The position numbers and the translations under genes were made by a program. The notes beneath the pieces are model-generated. The model saw only the letters and a program-made list of their open reading frames with translations, was not told the DNA's origin and made no database searches. Positions 60,175 through 64,000 of a stretch of DNA of 64,000 nucleotides are shown here, piece by piece (positions within the stretch are counted from its first letter, which is position 1; each line of letters begins with the position of its first letter). This DNA comes from Actinomycetota bacterium (GTDB lineage: Bacteria > Actinomycetota > UBA4738 > CALAEC01): contig DASYVD010000004.1 in assembly GCA_036000545.1 (NCBI GenBank), forward strand, positions 1,260-65,259, written 5' to 3'.

Positions 60175-60897
60175 ATGGACAAGGTGCAGACGGAGGACCA
60201 AAGCCCCACCTCCACCGGCCCAAGGTCGCTTGAACAGCACGGAAAACGCCGCCGAGAGCCGCTGACGAGGGAGCGCATCATCCGGACCGCCCTTCGGATC
60301 ATGGACGAGGAGGGGCTCGACGCGGTCACCATGCGACACATCGGTCGCCAGCTCGGCGTGGAGGCCATGTCGCTGTACAACCACGTGCGGGACAAGGAGG
60401 AGATCCTCGACGGTATCTGCGAGGAGGTGCTGGCCGAGTTTCGAGTCCCGCAGGTGGAGGGCTGGACCGAGGCGGCCCGACTCGGTGCTCACGAGTACCG
60501 GCGCCTGCTGCTCGCCCACCCCAACGTGATCACGCTCATGACCGAACGCAAGGGAGCCTTCACCAACGCCGAATCCCTGCGGGCCTACGAGTTCGCGCTG
60601 GGCCTTTTCCGGTCCGCCGGCCTGTCCGAAGCCGACTCGGTCAAGGCCTTCCACACGTTCGGCGGCTACATCCTCGGCTTCGTGACGATGGAGCTGGGCC
60701 TGATGATCGGCGGGCCGGAAGACGAGGCCCACGTGCAGGCCCACGAGGCGATGGCTCGACTGGTCGCGTCGGCGGACCTCCCTCGGCTCCGCGAGGCGCT
60801 CCCTTACATCATCGACTGCGACGTCGAGGAGCAGTTCGAGTTCGGACTCGATCTCCTGATCCAAGGACTTCGGGCCCGGACCCCCCCGACCGGCTAG
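60175..60897 (+). CDS. TetR/AcrR family transcriptional regulator (divergent from the MMPL gene)
   Basis: The HTH is LTRERIIRTALRIMDEEGLDAVTMRHIGRQLGVEAMSLYNHV. Confidence 0.8.
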   Translation: MDKVQTEDQSPTSTGPRSLEQHGKRRREPLTRERIIRTALRIMDEEGLDAVTMRHIGRQLGVEAMSLYNHVRDKEEILDGICEEVLAEFRVPQVEGWTEAARLGAHEYRRLLLAHPNVITLMTERKGAFTNAESLRAYEFALGLFRSAGLSEADSVKAFHTFGGYILGFVTMELGLMIGGPEDEAHVQAHEAMARLVASADLPRLREALPYIIDCDVEEQFEFGLDLLIQGLRARTPPTG

Positions 60898-61015
60898 CTC
60901 AGAGCCGAAACCTGGACTTTTCCGGCCTCGTCGGGCTGCAGGAAGGCTCATTCTCCGAGGGCAACTCCGGCTAGGCTCTTGAGAGCCCGAGCAAGACCCC
61001 CGAGGGAGGATCGTC

Positions 61016-61888
61016 ATGGCGAAGGTCGCGTTTCTCGGCCTCGGGCAGATGGGAAGCCCGATGGCGCGCCGGTTGGTGGCGTCCGGACATGACGTCACCG
61101 TGTGGAACCGCACTCCTGAAAAGGCCGAGCCGCTCGTGGCGGAGGGAGCGCGTCAGGGAGCGACTCTCGCGGACGCCGGACAGTCGGCGGAGGCCGCGGT
61201 CACCATGCTCGCCGACCCGGATGCCCTCGAGACCGTCCTGTTCGGACCGGACGGCCTCGCTGCGACCCTCCAGGAAGGAGCCACCCTCATCGACATGTCC
61301 ACCGTCGGCCCGGAGACGGTTCGCCGGGTTGCGGAGCGCCTTCCTCGAGGAGTCACCATGCTCGACGCGCCCGTCCTGGGGACGGTGCCGCACGCCGAGG
61401 AAGGCCACCTGAAGATCTTCGTCGGTGGTCCCGAGGACGTGTTTGAGCGGTGGCGTCCTCTCCTCGATGTGCTGGGGACCCCGACCCACCTCGGACCTGT
61501 TGGCGGCGGGGCTTCGATGAAATTGGTGGTCAACTCGACGCTCGGGGCGGTGATGTCTGGGATCGGCGAAGCGCTGGCGCTCGCGGACGCACTCGGGCTC
61601 GACGAGGAAATGACGCTGAACGTGCTGGCCGACTCGGTCGTCGGGACCGGCGTGACCAGGGCCCGCCCGAGCATCGAGAGCGGCACGTTCCCGCCGCGGT
61701 TCAAGCTCTCGCTGGCCCGCAAGGACCTCGGCTTGGTGACCGACGCAGCGGGACGAGCCGGCCTGGAACTGCAGGTGGCGTCCGCCGCGCACGACTGGTT
61801 TCAGTCGGCAGTCGACCCAGGGGCTCGGGGAGCTCGACTACACCACGGTCGTGGCCCACATCCGGGGCCGGGGGGTCCGGGGGGGTAG
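61016..61888 (+). CDS. NAD(P)-dependent 3-hydroxyisobutyrate dehydrogenase-family oxidoreductase; 3' end probably frameshifted
   Basis: The Rossmann fold VAFLGLGQMGSPMARRL and the catalytic KLVVNS are present. The annotated tail ...ARLHHGRGPHPGPGGPGG* is atypical. The +1 frame after GARG gives the family-typical ELDYTTVVAHIRG... and runs into repeat copy 3. Confidence 0.7.
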   Translation: MAKVAFLGLGQMGSPMARRLVASGHDVTVWNRTPEKAEPLVAEGARQGATLADAGQSAEAAVTMLADPDALETVLFGPDGLAATLQEGATLIDMSTVGPETVRRVAERLPRGVTMLDAPVLGTVPHAEEGHLKIFVGGPEDVFERWRPLLDVLGTPTHLGPVGGGASMKLVVNSTLGAVMSGIGEALALADALGLDEEMTLNVLADSVVGTGVTRARPSIESGTFPPRFKLSLARKDLGLVTDAAGRAGLELQVASAAHDWFQSAVDPGARGARLHHGRGPHPGPGGPGG

Positions 61889-61940
61889 CTCGCCCCGTAC
61901 GCGGGGGCGAGGGGACGAGAAAGCGAGCGAACCCTCCGGA
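61868..61940. repeat. Dispersed GC-rich hairpin repeat, copy 3 (diverged)
   Basis: The sequence is GGGGGGTCCGGGGGGGTAGCTCGCCCC...AAGCGAGCGAACCCTCCGGA. Its internal TAG is the stop codon of the dehydrogenase ORF. Confidence 0.6.
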
Positions 61941-62068
61941 TAGAAAGGAAGCGCGGCGCTCCTAGCGGCGCCGGGTAGCATATCCCCGCCGTTCGCGGCG
62001 CTAAGGGAGGGCGTTCGAGCAGGAACCGGCTCTCCTGGCCTTGAATACGAAACGGGAGGGATACGCAC

Positions 62069-62836
62069 GTGAACGTGATCGTGCTGTCGAAGTTCATACC
62101 GAACCCCACGGGGACCCCCGAGCTCGGCGACGACTTCCTGGTGAAGCGGGAGGGAGTGGAGGGCGGGCTCGATCCGGGAGACGAGTACGCGGTGGAAGCC
62201 GCCCTGCAGATCGCGGAGAAGACCGGGGGCGAGGTCACCGTGGTGTCGATGGGGCCAGAGCCGGCCCTGGCCGCCGTTCGAAAGGCGCTCTCGCTCGGGT
62301 GCGCCAAGGGCGTGCTGGTGACCGACGACGGCCTCCGCGGATCCGACGTCCTGGTCACCGCCACCGTCCTGGCCAAGGCCATCGAGCGAGAAGGATTCGA
62401 CCTCCTGCTCGCCGGCGTGGAGTCGACCGACGGTTCCACGGGCACCCTCCCCATGGCCCTGGCCGAGCTCCTCGGAGTCCCGAGCCTCACGTTCGCCCGG
62501 AAGGTCGATGTGGCCGACGGGAGCGTGACCATCGAGCGGCAGACCGAGGCGGGCTACGACGTCGTGCAGTGCCCGCTTCCCGCTCTGGTCACCGTGACCG
62601 CCGGGGCCACGGAACCGCGCTATCCAACCCTCAAGGGAATCATGCAAGCGAAGCAGAAGCCTGTTGACCAGCGCTCACTGTCCGACCTGGGCTTGTCCGC
62701 CGACGACGCGAAGCCCACGCAACGAGTCACGAGGATCGAGGACGCACCCGAGCGGGGCGCGGGAGAGATCGTGGAGAACGAGAGCCGGGCCGCCGACCGC
62801 ATCGCCCAGTTCCTTCAAGAGGCCAAGGTGCTCTGA
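62069..62836 (+). CDS. etfB: Electron transfer flavoprotein subunit beta
   Basis: It is 255 aa (MNVIVLSKFIPNPTG...) and belongs to the EtfB family. Confidence 0.9.
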   Translation: MNVIVLSKFIPNPTGTPELGDDFLVKREGVEGGLDPGDEYAVEAALQIAEKTGGEVTVVSMGPEPALAAVRKALSLGCAKGVLVTDDGLRGSDVLVTATVLAKAIEREGFDLLLAGVESTDGSTGTLPMALAELLGVPSLTFARKVDVADGSVTIERQTEAGYDVVQCPLPALVTVTAGATEPRYPTLKGIMQAKQKPVDQRSLSDLGLSADDAKPTQRVTRIEDAPERGAGEIVENESRAADRIAQFLQEAKVL

Positions 62837-62837
62837 C

Positions 62838-63812
62838 ATGGCCAAGGTGTGGGTCTATGCGGAGCTCTCTCCCGACGGAAGCGTCCACGCCACCGCTCTC
62901 GAGCTGCTCACCAAGGCCCGGTCGCTGGGCGACACCGTCGAGGCGGTCGTCCTTGGGCCCGGGGCGACCGGCGCGGCCGGCCCTCTCGGCGAGCACGGTG
63001 CGCAGCGCGTGTTCGCCAGCGACGAAGAGGTGTTTGCCAACCACCTGGCCCAGCCGGCCACGCAGGCGCTCCATCAGCTCGTCCAGGAGCATCAGCCCAA
63101 CCTCATCCTGTTCGCCTACAGCTACAACTCACGCGACGTGGCTGGGCGGCTCCAGGCGAAGACGCGCTCCGCTCTCATGAGCAACGTAACGGACGTTCTC
63201 GGGCCCGAGGAGGCGCAGACTCAGATCTTCGGAGGAACCAAGATCGTGACCTGTTCCCTCGAGGGCCCGGACCCCAAGTTGCTGGTGGTCCGGCCCAAGG
63301 CCTTCGAGCCCGAGCCCTCGGGGGGGAGCGCCGAGGTCGTTCCGGTCCAGGTAGACATCCCCGACGAGCTCAAGAAGGCGGCGGTCGGAGATCGGCACGA
63401 GGAGCAGGCCGCCGGACCCAAGCTCGAGGAGGCCCGCGTCGTCGTGGCCGGAGGCCGCGGCCTCCAGGAGTCCGGCAACTTCGAGATCCTCCGGGAGCTC
63501 GCCGAGGCCATCGGGAACACGGCGGTAGGCGCCACGCGCGCCGTCGTCGACGCCGGCTGGGTCCCCTACAGCATGCAGATCGGACAGACGGGAACCACGG
63601 TGAAGCCCGAGGTCTACATCGCCATCGGGATCAGCGGAGCCACCCAGCATCTCGTGGGAATGAAGGAAGCCAAGCGGATCGTCGCCATCAACAAGGATGC
63701 CGACGCCCCCATCTTCAAGCTGGCCGATCTGGGTGTGGTGGGAGACGCGCTAAAGATCGTGCCCCAGCTGGTGGAACAGATCCAGTCGATGAGGGGGGGC
63801 CGGGGAGAGTAG
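62838..63812 (+). CDS. etfA: Electron transfer flavoprotein subunit alpha
   Basis: It is 324 aa from MAKVWVYAEL and has the FAD-binding C-terminus ...PEVYIAIGISGATQHLVGMK. The stop TAG is supplied by repeat copy 4. Confidence 0.9.
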   Translation: MAKVWVYAELSPDGSVHATALELLTKARSLGDTVEAVVLGPGATGAAGPLGEHGAQRVFASDEEVFANHLAQPATQALHQLVQEHQPNLILFAYSYNSRDVAGRLQAKTRSALMSNVTDVLGPEEAQTQIFGGTKIVTCSLEGPDPKLLVVRPKAFEPEPSGGSAEVVPVQVDIPDELKKAAVGDRHEEQAAGPKLEEARVVVAGGRGLQESGNFEILRELAEAIGNTAVGATRAVVDAGWVPYSMQIGQTGTTVKPEVYIAIGISGATQHLVGMKEAKRIVAINKDADAPIFKLADLGVVGDALKIVPQLVEQIQSMRGGRGE

Positions 63813-63870
63813 CTCGCCCGGAGAAGTCGAAGCGTTGAGCGGGAGTGCAAGCGGTGCCCGGGCGAGAGAA
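63793..63870. repeat. Dispersed GC-rich hairpin repeat, copy 4
   Basis: The sequence is GGGGGGGCCGGGGAGAGTAGCTCGCCCGGAG-N-AGCGGTGCCCGGGCGAG. It overlaps the last 6 codons of etfA. Confidence 0.65.
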
Positions 63871-63890
63871 GGGCGAGGCCCAGCCGAAGC

Positions 63891-64000
63891 CTACGATGCG
63901 TCCAGTTCGGCCTCCAGCTCGATGTCGACGTTGCCCCGGATCGCTCCCGATATCGGGCAGCCCTGCTCGCCGGCCCGCGCCGCATCCTGGAAGCTGGGCT
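63891..64000 (-). CDS. OsmC/Ohr-family protein (C-terminal fragment; gene continues beyond window)
   Basis: The minus-strand frame open to the window edge gives ...AGEQGCPISGAIRGNVDIELEAELDAS*, an OsmC-like C-terminal Cys motif. Confidence 0.35.
   Translation of the reverse strand, partial: PSFQDAARAGEQGCPISGAIRGNVDIELEAELDAS

Overview
High-GC (about 68-70%) chromosomal segment, densely coding with roughly 60 CDS, mostly on the minus strand. Gene content and order match the conserved actinobacterial (Streptomyces/Mycobacterium-type) housekeeping backbone. On the minus strand from high to low coordinates this backbone reads argS-(GNAT)-hom-thrC-thrB ... rho-rpmE-prfA-prmC-tsaC ... LMW-PTP-rpiB-glyA-wecA ... 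atpZ-atpI-atpB-atpE-atpF-atpH-atpA. Three accessory insertions interrupt it. (a) potA-potD-potB-potC polyamine importer, a class-III aminotransferase and an L,D-transpeptidase between wecA and the atp operon. (b) An ECF sigma factor, a large secreted Asp/Cys-rich tandem-repeat protein with RTX-like C-terminal repeats, and a MoaD(GG)-BNR beta-propeller fusion between tsaC and the PTP gene. (c) An archaeal-type cyclic 2,3-diphosphoglycerate gene pair (2-phosphoglycerate kinase plus cDPG synthetase) together with fructose-6-phosphate aldolase, a metallophosphoesterase, a MarP-like protease and a GDE-family glucosidase between thrB and rho. Downstream of argS lie a single-domain response regulator, a multiply frameshifted cupredoxin-like lipoprotein gene, tRNA-Arg(CCG), an SRPBCC protein, several secreted or lipoproteins, a YcaQ/AlkZ-like glycosylase and AzlCD. 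These are followed by a DUF5655 gene broken across four frames, MarR-DrrAB, a standalone Lrp RAM-domain gene, a two-component system, an LplA-like ligase, a pyruvyl-transferase/GT2 pair, TetR-MMPL, a HIBADH-like dehydrogenase, EtfBA and a partial OsmC-like gene. Non-genic signals are a four-copy, about 75-nt GC-rich hairpin repeat sitting exactly at gene 3' ends and donating stop codons, a perfect CRP-type site (TGTGA-N6-TCACA), a cluster of GGAGAAATCG motifs in a 600-bp non-coding gap, two intrinsic terminators, and frameshifts at G/C homopolymers at three loci.
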